Shown here piece after piece: positions 36,445-45,715 of a DNA stretch of 62,169 nucleotides. The number at the start of each line of letters is the position of its first letter. Position 1 is the first letter of the stretch. The notes beneath the pieces were generated by a model that was not told where the DNA came from, made no database searches, and saw nothing but the letters and a program-made list of their open reading frames with translations. The position numbers and the translations under genes were made by a program. Source of the stretch: Alphaproteobacteria bacterium (GTDB lineage Bacteria > Pseudomonadota > Alphaproteobacteria > Rhodobacterales > Rhodobacteraceae); assembly GCA_030431935.1 (NCBI GenBank), contig JAUIIC010000001.1, positions 1 through 62,169 of the forward strand, in the 5' to 3' direction.

Positions 36445-37749
36445 ATGGATGACCCCGCATCGCTTTCCGGCAGGCTCATGGCCGAGATCGAAGCGCGGCG
36501 CGACGATCTTGTCGCGCTGACGCAGGACCTGTTGCGCATTCCCACGCTGAACCCGCCGGGGCCGCGCTATCACGAGATCTGCGCCTACCTGGATGCGCGG
36601 TTGTCCGCGTCGGGCTTCTCGACCGAGCTTCTGCGCGCCACTGGGGCGCCCGGCGACAGCGACCGCTACCCGCGTTGGAACATCGTCGCGCGGCGCGAGG
36701 GGGCCGCACCCGGCGCCTGCGTGCATTTCAACAGCCACACCGACGTGGTCGAGGTCGGCCACGGCTGGACGACGGACCCCTTCGGAGGAGAACTGCGCGA
36801 CGGGCGGGTCTATGGAAGGGGAGCCTGCGACATGAAGGGCGGGCTGGCTGCGTCCATCGTGGCGGCCGAGGCCTTCCTTTCGGTCTGTCCCGAGTTCGCC
36901 GGCGCCGTCGAGATCAGCGGCACCGCGGACGAGGAATCGGGCGGCTACGGCGGCGTGGCCTGGCTGGCCGAGCGCGGCTATTTCAGCCCCGAGCGGGTGC
37001 AGCACGTCATCATCCCCGAGCCCCTGAACAAGGACCGCATCTGCCTTGGCCACCGCGGCGTCTGGTGGGCCGAGATCGAGACCAAGGGCCGGATTGCCCA
37101 CGGCTCCATGCCGTTCCTGGGCGACAGCGCGATCCGGCACATGTCGGCGGTCCTTTCCGAGATGGAGGACACGCTCTATCCGCTTCTGGCCAGCAAGCGC
37201 ACGGCCATGCCCGTGGTGCCCGAGGGCGCGCGCCAATCGACGCTGAACGTGAACTCGATCCACGGCGGAGAGCCAGAGCCCGAGCCGGGCTTCACCGGCT
37301 TTCCCGCGCCCTGCGTGGCCGACCGCTGCCGGATCGTGATCGACCGGCGCTTCCTGATCGAGGAGGACCTGGGCGAGGTGAAGGCGGAGATCACCGGCAT
37401 GCTGGAACGGATCGCCGCCCGCCGTCCCGGCTTTGCCTTCGAGGTGCGCGACCTGCACGAGGTCATCCCGACGATGACCGAGCGCGACGCGCCCGTGGTG
37501 CGCAGCGTCGAGCGGGCGATTTCGCGGGTAATGGGGCGCGAGCCGGCCTTCGTGGTGTCGCCGGGCACCTATGACCAGAAGCACATCGACCGCATCGGGC
37601 GGCTGAAGAACTGCATCGCCTACGGGCCGGGGATCCTCGACCTGGCGCACCAGCCCGACGAATGGGTCGGTGTCGACGACATGGTCGAATCGGCGCAGGT
37701 CATGGCGCTGGCCCTTCTGGACTTGCTGGCGGGGTCCGATTCCTCTTGA
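36445..37749 (+). CDS. M20-family metallo-deacylase (ArgE/DapE / acetylornithine deacetylase family)
   Basis: 434 aa. HFNSHTDVV, GRGACDMKGG, ADEESGG and HG...D metal-ligand motifs are present. The start could also be the ATG at 36478. Confidence 0.85.
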   Translation: MDDPASLSGRLMAEIEARRDDLVALTQDLLRIPTLNPPGPRYHEICAYLDARLSASGFSTELLRATGAPGDSDRYPRWNIVARREGAAPGACVHFNSHTDVVEVGHGWTTDPFGGELRDGRVYGRGACDMKGGLAASIVAAEAFLSVCPEFAGAVEISGTADEESGGYGGVAWLAERGYFSPERVQHVIIPEPLNKDRICLGHRGVWWAEIETKGRIAHGSMPFLGDSAIRHMSAVLSEMEDTLYPLLASKRTAMPVVPEGARQSTLNVNSIHGGEPEPEPGFTGFPAPCVADRCRIVIDRRFLIEEDLGEVKAEITGMLERIAARRPGFAFEVRDLHEVIPTMTERDAPVVRSVERAISRVMGREPAFVVSPGTYDQKHIDRIGRLKNCIAYGPGILDLAHQPDEWVGVDDMVESAQVMALALLDLLAGSDSS

Positions 37750-37804
37750 GATTCGGGGGGCTTCGGCGTCATGCTTCGGTCAAACAGAAGGAAGGGAGGT
37801 TTCC

Positions 37805-39280
37805 ATGTTCGCCCGACTCAGGCTCTCCGCCGCCGTCCTGGCCCTGACCGCCGCCTCGGCGATGGCCCAGCAGACCGACATCACCATCGGGATGCAACTG
37901 GAGCCGCCGAACCTCGATCCGACGGGCGGTGCGGCCGCCGCGATCGACGAGGTGGTTTATGCCAACCTCTTCGAGGGACTGACCCGCTACAACGCCGACG
38001 GCTCGATCTCGCCCGGTCTCGCCCATGACTGGGAGGTGAGCGAGGACGGCACGGTCTATACCTTCCACCTGCGAGAGGGCGTCCGCTTTCACGATGGCAC
38101 CGACATGACCGGGGCGGATGTGAAATTCTCTCTCGACCGCGCGCGGGCCGAGGATTCGACCAACGCGCAGAAGGCGCTCTTTGCCGGCATCGCCGATGTG
38201 ACGGTGATCGATCCGCTGACGGTTCAGGTCACGCTTTCGGCGCCCAACAGCGCCTTCCCGGTCAACATGGCCTGGGGTGACGCGGTGATCGTGGCGCCCG
38301 AATCCGCCGACAAGGCGGCCACCGCCCCGGTCGGCACCGGCCCCTTCAAGTTCAGCCGCTGGGTGCAGGGCGACCGGGTGGAACTGGTGCGCAATCCCGA
38401 TTACTGGGGCGAGGCCCCGGCGCTGGAAAGCGCGACCTTCAAGTTCATCTCGGACCCCACCGCCGCCTTCGCGGCGATGATGGCCGGGGACATCGACGCC
38501 TTCCCGGGCTACCCGGCGCCGGAAACGCTGATCCAGTTCGAGGCCGATCCGCGCTTTCAGCTGCTGATCGGCTCGACCGAGGGCGAGACGATCCTGTCCA
38601 CCAACAACAAGGACGAGGTTCTGTCGGACATCCGCGTGCGGCAGGCGCTGGCCCATGCGATCGACCGGCAGGCGATCATCGACGGCGCCATGTTCGGCTA
38701 TGGCACGCCCATCGGCACCCATTTCGCGCCGCACCATCCCGATTACGTCGACCTGACCGGGCAATCGGCCTACGATCCCGACAAGGCGCGCGCGCTGCTG
38801 GCCGAGGCGGGGTATGCCGATGGCCTGACCCTGTCGCTGAAGCTGCCGCCGCCCAGCTATGCCCGCCGTGGAGGAGAGATCATCGCGGCCCAGCTGCGCG
38901 AGGTGGGCATTACCGCCCAGATCGAGAACCTGGAATGGGCGCAGTGGCTGGAACAGGTGTTCCGCGGCAAGGACTATGACCTGACGATCGTCAGCCATAC
39001 CGAGCCCATGGACATCAACATCTATGCCCGGCCGGATTACTACTTCCAGTACGACAACCCGGCGTTCCAGCAGCTGATGACCGATCTGAACCTGGCGACC
39101 GACCCGGCCGAGCGCAGCCGCATCCTGAAGGAAGCCCAGCAGACGATCGCCGACGACTACGTGAACGGCTACCTGTTCCAGCTGGCGCGCACCGGTGTCG
39201 CGAACGCCAAGATCGAGGGGCTGTGGGCCAATGCGCCGACGCAGGCCAACGACCTGACCGGCGTGCGCTGGACCCAGTAG
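37805..39280 (+). CDS. ABC transporter substrate-binding protein, family 5 (peptide/nickel type)
   Basis: ORF 37670..39280, trimmed to the ATG at 37805, which is preceded by GGGAGG. The signal peptide is MFARLRLSAAVLALTAASAMA. The body is typical of DppA/OppA-like SBPs (NLFEGLTR, HDGT, NPDYWG). Confidence 0.88.
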   Translation: MFARLRLSAAVLALTAASAMAQQTDITIGMQLEPPNLDPTGGAAAAIDEVVYANLFEGLTRYNADGSISPGLAHDWEVSEDGTVYTFHLREGVRFHDGTDMTGADVKFSLDRARAEDSTNAQKALFAGIADVTVIDPLTVQVTLSAPNSAFPVNMAWGDAVIVAPESADKAATAPVGTGPFKFSRWVQGDRVELVRNPDYWGEAPALESATFKFISDPTAAFAAMMAGDIDAFPGYPAPETLIQFEADPRFQLLIGSTEGETILSTNNKDEVLSDIRVRQALAHAIDRQAIIDGAMFGYGTPIGTHFAPHHPDYVDLTGQSAYDPDKARALLAEAGYADGLTLSLKLPPPSYARRGGEIIAAQLREVGITAQIENLEWAQWLEQVFRGKDYDLTIVSHTEPMDINIYARPDYYFQYDNPAFQQLMTDLNLATDPAERSRILKEAQQTIADDYVNGYLFQLARTGVANAKIEGLWANAPTQANDLTGVRWTQ

Positions 39281-39299
39281 AGGAAAGACCGCGTGCGGC

Positions 39300-40754
39300 T
39301 CAGGCCGCGCGCGATCCACGGACGCCAAAGGCCATCAGCGAGGCGGCGCAGGCCGCCTCCCACGTCTTCAGAAGCGGGCGCGCCGGGGCTTCGTGCATGC
39401 CTTCGCCGGCCAGTTGGGGACAGGTCGCGGCGAGTTCCAGGGCCGCGTCCTCGTCAAGGCGCCGGACGTCCGGCAGGTACAGGCTTTCGACAGCAAGGCC
39501 ATTGGCGAACAGCACTTCATGCCGGTCGAAAAGCAGATGGAAATAGTCGACCTCGACCAGCGGGGCCCGCCTGATCCCGATGTGACCGACAAAGCCCTTG
39601 GCTGGGGCAAGCACTTCGGACGCGTCGAAATGCGGGGCCAGCCGGGGGTCCGACAGCAGGATCCGGTGCTGGGGAGACAAGAGCAGGGGACGCCGGTTGC
39701 CAAGCGGCCCCACCGGCACGAAGACCGGCGCATGGCGCCCCCGCGCGGGCACCCGCTGGCGCCCGATCCAGCGCAGCGGCTGCGGGCCGTGGTCGGCCGT
39801 CACGACCGCGTCCCCGATGCCGAGCGTTTCGACGGGGCGCGGTCCCTCCGGTGTCTCGATCAGCGTGCCGGGCGTGAAGCAGACAACGCGGATGTTCTCC
39901 CAGTCGTTGATCTCCACGTTGTTGACATGGACATGGTAGTCCGCGCCGGGACCCGCGCTCCAGACCTTGCCGGTCTGCACGTATCCATTGGCGAGAAGCT
40001 CGGCCTCCAGAAGCGCCATGTCGGCGTCGGACAGGGCCAGGCTGACCGTATCGTCGTCGAGGGGATCCCCGTCGGCGCCGTCATGTGCGACACCGTCGAT
40101 GACTTGCGATTGGGTTGTGTCCAGCAGTCCGACCGTGGCGGTATCGGCTTCGTTCCCGGTCCACAACAGGTTGATGTAGTTGTTGTCGCCGAACGTTGCT
40201 GTGTCCGTGCCGTCGCCAAGGTCGATCGCGTTCGTGAAGGTGTTCCCGTCGCCGGCGGTGAAGCTGTCTGTGCCGTTGCCAGTGGTGATCGAGCCGAGGA
40301 AGGTGTTGTTGTCGCCGATGGTGATGACGTTGTCGCCATTGCCGAGGGTGATCGGGTCGCTCGCCGTGACGCCGTTTCCGATGGTCAGGACGTCCGCGCC
40401 CGTGCCCGATCCGGTGAACTCGCCGAGTGTCGCGCCATCCTGAACCACGGTGGTCGTGCCGTCCGAGCCGGAGGCATTGATCTTGACGCTGCTCAGGTCG
40501 ACCCCTGCACCAACGCCGATGGCAGCCGTCAGGTCGGACTTTATCTCGACGTCGTAGCCGCTTAGCGGGGTATCGGTGAAGTAGACCTCGAAGTCCGTTG
40601 GCGTTCCGTCAGCGGATTCGAACTTGGTGTTCGCGTTTGCCGCGTCGGTGAAGATGAAGACGTCGCCTTCGTTCACCTGAATGGTGGACTCTGCCGCGAT
40701 CTCATCGGGGCCGAGGGGGTCGGTGTCCTTGTCCACGATATAATAGGTCGCCAC
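39300..40754 (-). CDS. Hint-domain (bacterial intein-like, BIL/Hint_2) protein with an N-terminal Gly/Asp/Asn/Thr-rich repeat region
   Basis: 484 aa. The GTG start at 40754 is preceded by AAGGAGG. Residues from about 110-200 form short repeats (TIGNGVT, LGNGDNVITIGDNN, TTGNGTDSFTAGDGNTF, LGDGTDTATFGDNN). At residue 292 CFTPGTLIETPEGPRPVETLGIGDAVVTADHG begins a Hint module. Confidence 0.8.
   Translation of the reverse strand: MATYYIVDKDTDPLGPDEIAAESTIQVNEGDVFIFTDAANANTKFESADGTPTDFEVYFTDTPLSGYDVEIKSDLTAAIGVGAGVDLSSVKINASGSDGTTTVVQDGATLGEFTGSGTGADVLTIGNGVTASDPITLGNGDNVITIGDNNTFLGSITTGNGTDSFTAGDGNTFTNAIDLGDGTDTATFGDNNYINLLWTGNEADTATVGLLDTTQSQVIDGVAHDGADGDPLDDDTVSLALSDADMALLEAELLANGYVQTGKVWSAGPGADYHVHVNNVEINDWENIRVVCFTPGTLIETPEGPRPVETLGIGDAVVTADHGPQPLRWIGRQRVPARGRHAPVFVPVGPLGNRRPLLLSPQHRILLSDPRLAPHFDASEVLAPAKGFVGHIGIRRAPLVEVDYFHLLFDRHEVLFANGLAVESLYLPDVRRLDEDAALELAATCPQLAGEGMHEAPARPLLKTWEAACAASLMAFGVRGSRAA
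39477..39881 (-). other. Hint (Hedgehog/intein-like) autoprocessing module inside the 39300..40754 CDS
   Basis: It runs from Cys292 (CFTPGT) to about LFANGLAVESLY (residue 426). No terminal His-Asn plus Cys/Ser/Thr splice junction is visible, so it is not a canonical intein. Confidence 0.65.
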
Positions 40755-41155
40755 GAGTGCCTCCTTTGCCGAATGGCGTTAGTACTCGTGACGGATCTGG
40801 AACAATTGCGAAGACATGACTGCACAGTTTCTTTGGCGACAGCATGGAACCGCCATGGCGGATCGGTGGCCGGTTCGTGGCGACCGCCCCTCGATCTGTC
40901 GCGAGTGGTTGGCAAACTGGGGCAGCGCGCGGGCGCGTCGCGCCTTGGCGCCGGGGCGGGCGGTGCGAAACGGCCTTGAAACGGGCGCAACGGGGCGTCT
41001 GGCGCGTGTTTCTGTTGCGATCCCGCACGAAAGGGCGGAAATGGGGCAGGATCGCCACAGCATTGCCTCTCGGTCGCCAAGGGCTTCTGCATTATCCTGC
41101 AAACGGAAACGAATCGCCCCGAGCAGGCATGTTTGAACCAAGGCAGGAGAGAGTG

Positions 41156-42145
41156 ATGGCGCATTTTACCGCACGAGCCGAGAGAATCCCGGGGCTGATT
41201 ACCGTGGGTTGGATCTTCAAGGGCACGACGATGGACGAAAAGACCATCTCGCTGGCCTGGCTCGAGGACGGCGAGGCGACGGCGATGGTCGACGTCACGC
41301 GCGGCCTTGCCGATGCCGCCCAGACCGAGGGCCTGACGGTCCGGATGCGCTCTTTCCTCAGCGGGCTGGCCGAGATCGGCGGCTATTTCCGCCGCCGCAA
41401 GACCGTCGATGAACCCGATGTGACAGAAGACGACATCGAGAACGCGGCGATCGTCTTTGCCTTTCCGCGCGTCGCGATGAACCCCGAGGCGCGGGCGCTG
41501 CTGAAAAAGCACCTCGATCTCCTGCAGGACAAGGGGGTTCTGGATCGCCTGACCTTCCGGCCCAACCTCGTCGAGGACGCGGCGGCCCCGGAGGCCGCGG
41601 CGGAAAGCCCCGATGCGGGCGCTGGCGCCGAGCCGTTCGAGCCCTCCGAGCCCGAGGCGGTGGCCGCAGCGGCCATGGCCGCCGAGACGGACATGGCCGA
41701 GGATACTGTTGAAGGCGCGGCGGACGCGTCCGCCGGGGCCGAGATGGCCGAAGCCGCCGATGACAGCGCCACGGAGGATGCGACCCGGGCCGGGGAGGCC
41801 GGGTCCGACGATGCCGGGTTTCCCGAAGCCTCTGCCGACGCGCCGGCGGAAGACGCCGCGCCCGAACCGGCCACGACAGAGGCCGAAGCGGCACAAGACG
41901 CGGCTTCGGGCGATGCAGGCGCGCAGCCCGAAACCGACAGCCCGGCGGGGGACGAAACCGCAGAGACCGTCCAGGCCCAAGGCGCCGCGCCGTCCGGGGA
42001 CGGTGACGCGGACGCGGATGGCGAGACCAAGGCCGAGACCCCGGCCGAGGACACGCTGATCCTGACGGAAACGTCCAAGATCGCCACGGCCCCGGTCCAG
42101 CCCGAGCCCGAGAAAAAGCGCCGCAGTTTCTTCGAACGCCTCTGA
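41156..42145 (+). CDS. Hypothetical acidic Ala/Glu/Asp/Pro-rich protein with a basic-amphipathic C-terminal tail
   Basis: The ATG at 41156, within ORF 40844..42145, is preceded by AGGAGAGAG. It has a 139-aa N-terminal region with no domain I recognise and about 160 aa of acidic low-complexity sequence. It ends in ...PEPEKKRRSFFERL. Confidence 0.55.
   Translation: MAHFTARAERIPGLITVGWIFKGTTMDEKTISLAWLEDGEATAMVDVTRGLADAAQTEGLTVRMRSFLSGLAEIGGYFRRRKTVDEPDVTEDDIENAAIVFAFPRVAMNPEARALLKKHLDLLQDKGVLDRLTFRPNLVEDAAAPEAAAESPDAGAGAEPFEPSEPEAVAAAAMAAETDMAEDTVEGAADASAGAEMAEAADDSATEDATRAGEAGSDDAGFPEASADAPAEDAAPEPATTEAEAAQDAASGDAGAQPETDSPAGDETAETVQAQGAAPSGDGDADADGETKAETPAEDTLILTETSKIATAPVQPEPEKKRRSFFERL
41573..42052 (+). 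other. Low-complexity acidic (A/E/D/P/G/T) coding tract
   Basis: Residues from about 140-299 of the 41156..42145 CDS. There is a compositional bias but no exact tandem repeat unit. Confidence 0.7.
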
Positions 42146-42170
42146 GCGTCACGGCCACCACAACCGCACA

Positions 42171-42201
42171 AAGGCCGCGTGTCCGCAGGGCGCGCGGCCT
42201 T
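42171..42201 (+). terminator. Stem-loop AAGGCCGCG-N13-CGCGGCCTT downstream of the acidic-protein gene; probable intrinsic terminator
   Basis: Perfect 9-bp GC-rich stem read directly, 26 nt after the stop codon, followed by cttcat. The T-tract is weak. Confidence 0.5.
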
Positions 42202-42271
42202 CTTCATCGAGACGAACGGCCCCCCGTCTTGGCGCTTCAAGGCGGGCGGTAAAGCGGCTAACGTCGCCCGC

Positions 42272-43216
42272 ATGGGCCGATACCTGCTGTCCCGCGTGCT
42301 TTCCCTGATCCTCAGCCTCGCGGTGGCGAGCCTGGTGATTTTCGTCGTGATCGAGCTTGTGCCCGGCGACCCGGCGGCCTTCATGCTGGGGCTGAACGCC
42401 GCGCCCGACACGGTGGCGGCCCTGCGAGAGGAGCTTGGCCTGGGCGGAAGCCCGGTGGCCCGCTATCTCGGTTGGATCGGCGGGATGCTGACCGGCGATT
42501 TCGGCACCTCCTACACCTACCGCGTGCCGGTGTCGGAACTGGTGGCGGCGCGGATGTGGGTGTCGCTGCCGCTGACGCTTTACGCGCTGGTCCTGTCGAC
42601 GGTGATCGCGATCCCCGTGGGGCTGCTGGCGGCGGCACGGCGCGGCCGGGCGGCGGATTACGCGGTCATGGGCACCACCCAGCTTGGCATCGCGGTGCCG
42701 AACTTCTGGTTCGCCATGCTGCTGGTGCTGGTCTTCGCGATCAACCTGCGCTGGTTCTCCGCCGGGGGCTTTCCGGGCTGGGAAGAGGGCTTCTGGCCCA
42801 ACATCAAGGCGCTGACCCTGCCGGCGGTGGCGCTGGCGCTGCCGCAGGCCTCGATCCTGGCGCGCGTAATGCGGTCGAGCCTGCTGGAGACGCTGGGCCA
42901 GGACTATATCCGCACCGCCCGCGCCAAGGGCCTGACCGAGGGGCAGGCGATCCGCCGGCACGCGTTCCGCAACGCGTTGATCCCGGTCATGACGATCCTC
43001 GGGCTGCAGTTCTCGTTCCTGCTGGCCGGCGCGATCATCATCGAGAACGTCTTCTTCCTGCCGGGGCTGGGGCGGCTGATCTTCCAGGGCATCACCCAGC
43101 GCGACCTGATCGTGGTGGAATCGGTCGTCATGCTGCTGGTCTTCGCGGTGATCCTCGTGACCTTCCTCGTCGACCTGGCCTATGCCGTGATCGACCCGAG
43201 GCTGAGGCGGCGATGA
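42272..43216 (+). CDS. ABC transporter permease (DppB/OppB-like)
   Basis: ORF 42179..43216, trimmed to the ATG at 42272 (MGRYLLSRVLSLIL...). It has the EAA-type loop YIRTARAKGL and typical binding-protein-dependent transport system TM segments. Confidence 0.88.
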   Translation: MGRYLLSRVLSLILSLAVASLVIFVVIELVPGDPAAFMLGLNAAPDTVAALREELGLGGSPVARYLGWIGGMLTGDFGTSYTYRVPVSELVAARMWVSLPLTLYALVLSTVIAIPVGLLAAARRGRAADYAVMGTTQLGIAVPNFWFAMLLVLVFAINLRWFSAGGFPGWEEGFWPNIKALTLPAVALALPQASILARVMRSSLLETLGQDYIRTARAKGLTEGQAIRRHAFRNALIPVMTILGLQFSFLLAGAIIIENVFFLPGLGRLIFQGITQRDLIVVESVVMLLVFAVILVTFLVDLAYAVIDPRLRRR

Positions 43217-44034
43217 AACGGGTTCCGGTGCAGCTTTGGCTCGGCGCGGCGCTGTCGGCGGTCTTCCTGGCGGCGGCGCTGGTCTCGCTGGCCTGGACGC
43301 CCTATCCGGTCGAGGGGATGAACATCGCGGCGCGGCTGCAGACGCCCTCGGCGGCGCACTGGCTGGGCACGGATCATTTCGGCCGGGACATCCTGTCGAT
43401 GCTGATGGTGGGGGCGCGGACCTCGATCGCGGTCGCGGTGGTCGCGGTGGGGATCGGGATCGTCGCGGGCGTGCCTCTGGGGCTTCTGGCGGCGGCGCGG
43501 CGCGGTTCGGTGCTGGACGACATCGTGATGCGCGGCAACGACATCATCTTCGCCTTTCCCGCGCTCATCATCGCGATCCTGATTACCGCGATCCTCGGCC
43601 CCTCGGCCTTCAACGCGATCCTGGCCATCGGCATCTTCAACATTCCCGTCTTCGCGCGGGTGGCGCGCGGCGGGGCGCTGAGCCTCTGGACGCTGGACTA
43701 CGTGCTGGCCGCGCGGGTGGCCGGCAAGGGCAGGTTCCGCATCTCGGCAGAGCATATCCTGCCCAACATCGCCAACCTCCTGATCGTGCAGGGCACGATC
43801 AACTTCTCGCTCGGCATCCTGGCCGAGGCGGGGCTGAGCTATGTCGGTCTTGGCGCGCAGCCGCCGACGCCCAGCTGGGGGCGTATGCTGGCTGACAGCC
43901 AGACGATGATCTCGCTCGCGCCGCACATGGCGCTGTTTCCGGGGATGGCCATAGTGCTGACCGTGCTGGGGCTGAACCTGATGGGCGACGGGCTACGCGA
44001 CGTTCTCGACCCCCGGCTGAGGCGCGTCAGGTGA
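43213..44034 (+). CDS. ABC transporter permease (DppC/OppC-like)
   Basis: The ATG at 43213 is in an ATGA overlap with the upstream stop. HWLGTDHFGRDILS and YVLAARVAGK are DppC-type motifs. Confidence 0.88.
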   Translation: MKRVPVQLWLGAALSAVFLAAALVSLAWTPYPVEGMNIAARLQTPSAAHWLGTDHFGRDILSMLMVGARTSIAVAVVAVGIGIVAGVPLGLLAAARRGSVLDDIVMRGNDIIFAFPALIIAILITAILGPSAFNAILAIGIFNIPVFARVARGGALSLWTLDYVLAARVAGKGRFRISAEHILPNIANLLIVQGTINFSLGILAEAGLSYVGLGAQPPTPSWGRMLADSQTMISLAPHMALFPGMAIVLTVLGLNLMGDGLRDVLDPRLRRVR

Positions 44035-44101
44035 GGCGCGCGCGCGGCATGGGGCCCGGTGCGTCCGGCGCCCGCCGGGCCGTCCTCATGGCGGTGCCGC
44101 C

Positions 44102-45715
44102 ATGCTGACGGTCGAGAACCTGAGCCTGTCGATCCACGGCGCCCCGGTCCTGCGCGACGTGGGCTTCGACATGCGGGAAGGAGAGGTCTTCGGGCTGGTC
44201 GGGGAAAGCGGGTCCGGCAAGTCGATGACTGCCCTTGCGCTGATGGGGCTTGCGCCGCACGGGGCGGTGGCGACAGGGCGCGCCGTCTTCGCGGGGCGCG
44301 ACCTGCTGGCGATGTCCGAGGCCGGGCTTTGCGCCTTGCGTGGCCGCGAGGTGGGCATGATCTTCCAGGAGCCTATGTCGGCGCTGAACCCGGTCCAGAC
44401 CATCGGCGACCAGGTGGCCGAGACGCTGGTGATCCACGGCGCGGCGGACCGGGCGGCGGCCCGTGCCGAGGCGCGCAAGCGGCTCGACCGGGTGGGGCTT
44501 CCGGCCGAACGCTTTCCGCTCGACCGCTATCCGCATGAACTGTCCGGGGGGCAGCGCCAGCGGGTGGCGATCGCGATGGCGATCGCGCTCCGCCCCAGGC
44601 TGCTCATTGCCGACGAACCCACCACCGCACTCGACGTCACGACCCAGTCGCAGATCCTGTCGCTGCTGCGGGGGCTGGTGCGCGACGAGGGCATGGCGCT
44701 GATGCTTATCACCCATGACCTTGCCGTGGTGGCCGACATGGCCGACCAGGTCGCAGTGATGCAATCGGGCGCGCTTGTCGAACGCGACCGGACCGAGCCG
44801 CTGTTCCGCCGCCGCCGCCACCCCTACACGCGCGCGCTCTTCGCGGCCTCCTCGCATGTGCCCCGGCGTGCGCCGCACAGGGGAGGTGCCCCGGTGCTGG
44901 AGGTGGCGGAGGCGGTGCGCGACTATGCCCTGCCGCGGCGCACGCTGTTCGGGCCGCGTCCCGCGCTGCGCGCGGTTGATCATGTCAGCCTGACGGTGGG
45001 CGAGGGCGAAAGCGTCGGGCTGGTGGGGGAATCGGGTTGCGGAAAGTCCACGCTGACCCGCGCGATCCTGGGGCTGGAGCCGCTGCAGGGCGGGCGGGTG
45101 CGCCTGATGGGCGATACGGTGGACGCCGCGTCCGGCGTGTCGGGTGCCGTGCGCCGCAACATGCAGGTGGTGTTCCAGGACCCCTATGGCAGCTTCAATC
45201 CCCGGCACCGGGTGGACCGGCTGGTGGCCGAACCCTTTCACCTGACCGGCCTGCCCGAGGACTGGCGCGACCGCGTGACAGAGGCGCTGGAGGCGGTGGG
45301 GCTGTCCGCCGGGGACATGCAGAAATACATCCATGAATTCTCGGGCGGGCAGCGTCAGCGCATCGCCATCGCGCGGGCCATCGCGATCCGGCCCAAGCTC
45401 GTGATCCTCGACGAGGCAGTCAGCGCGCTCGACGTGCGCGTTCGGGCGCAGACGCTCGACCTGCTGGCCGACCTGCAGGACCGCTTCGGCCTGTCCTACC
45501 TGTTCATCAGCCATGACCTGTCGGTCGTGCGGGCCATCACCGACCGGGTGCTGGTGATGCGCGCGGGACAGATCGTGGAAGAGGGGCCCACGGCGCGGGT
45601 CTTTCACGCGCCCGAGCACCCCTATACCAAGGACCTCATCGCGGCGACGCCGCGCATTCCGCAAGACTGGGAGGAGGCCGGCGATGAGCCTGCAAAACCT
45701 GTGGTTCGATCCTGA
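44102..45715 (+). CDS. ABC transporter ATP-binding protein with two fused ATPase domains (DppD/DppF-like)
   Basis: 537 aa. It has two Walker A motifs ([16 protein letters not shown]), two signature motifs ([16 protein letters not shown]) and two Walker B motifs ([16 protein letters not shown]). Confidence 0.9.
   Translation: MLTVENLSLSIHGAPVLRDVGFDMREGEVFGLVGESGSGKSMTALALMGLAPHGAVATGRAVFAGRDLLAMSEAGLCALRGREVGMIFQEPMSALNPVQTIGDQVAETLVIHGAADRAAARAEARKRLDRVGLPAERFPLDRYPHELSGGQRQRVAIAMAIALRPRLLIADEPTTALDVTTQSQILSLLRGLVRDEGMALMLITHDLAVVADMADQVAVMQSGALVERDRTEPLFRRRRHPYTRALFAASSHVPRRAPHRGGAPVLEVAEAVRDYALPRRTLFGPRPALRAVDHVSLTVGEGESVGLVGESGCGKSTLTRAILGLEPLQGGRVRLMGDTVDAASGVSGAVRRNMQVVFQDPYGSFNPRHRVDRLVAEPFHLTGLPEDWRDRVTEALEAVGLSAGDMQKYIHEFSGGQRQRIAIARAIAIRPKLVILDEAVSALDVRVRAQTLDLLADLQDRFGLSYLFISHDLSVVRAITDRVLVMRAGQIVEEGPTARVFHAPEHPYTKDLIAATPRIPQDWEEAGDEPAKPVVRS

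Noticed and set aside
39477-39881. Hint module interpreted as a true intein or mobile genetic element
   Set aside because: There is no homing endonuclease insert, no C-terminal His-Asn plus nucleophile junction and no recognisable host extein protein. It fits the non-splicing bacterial intein-like class instead.
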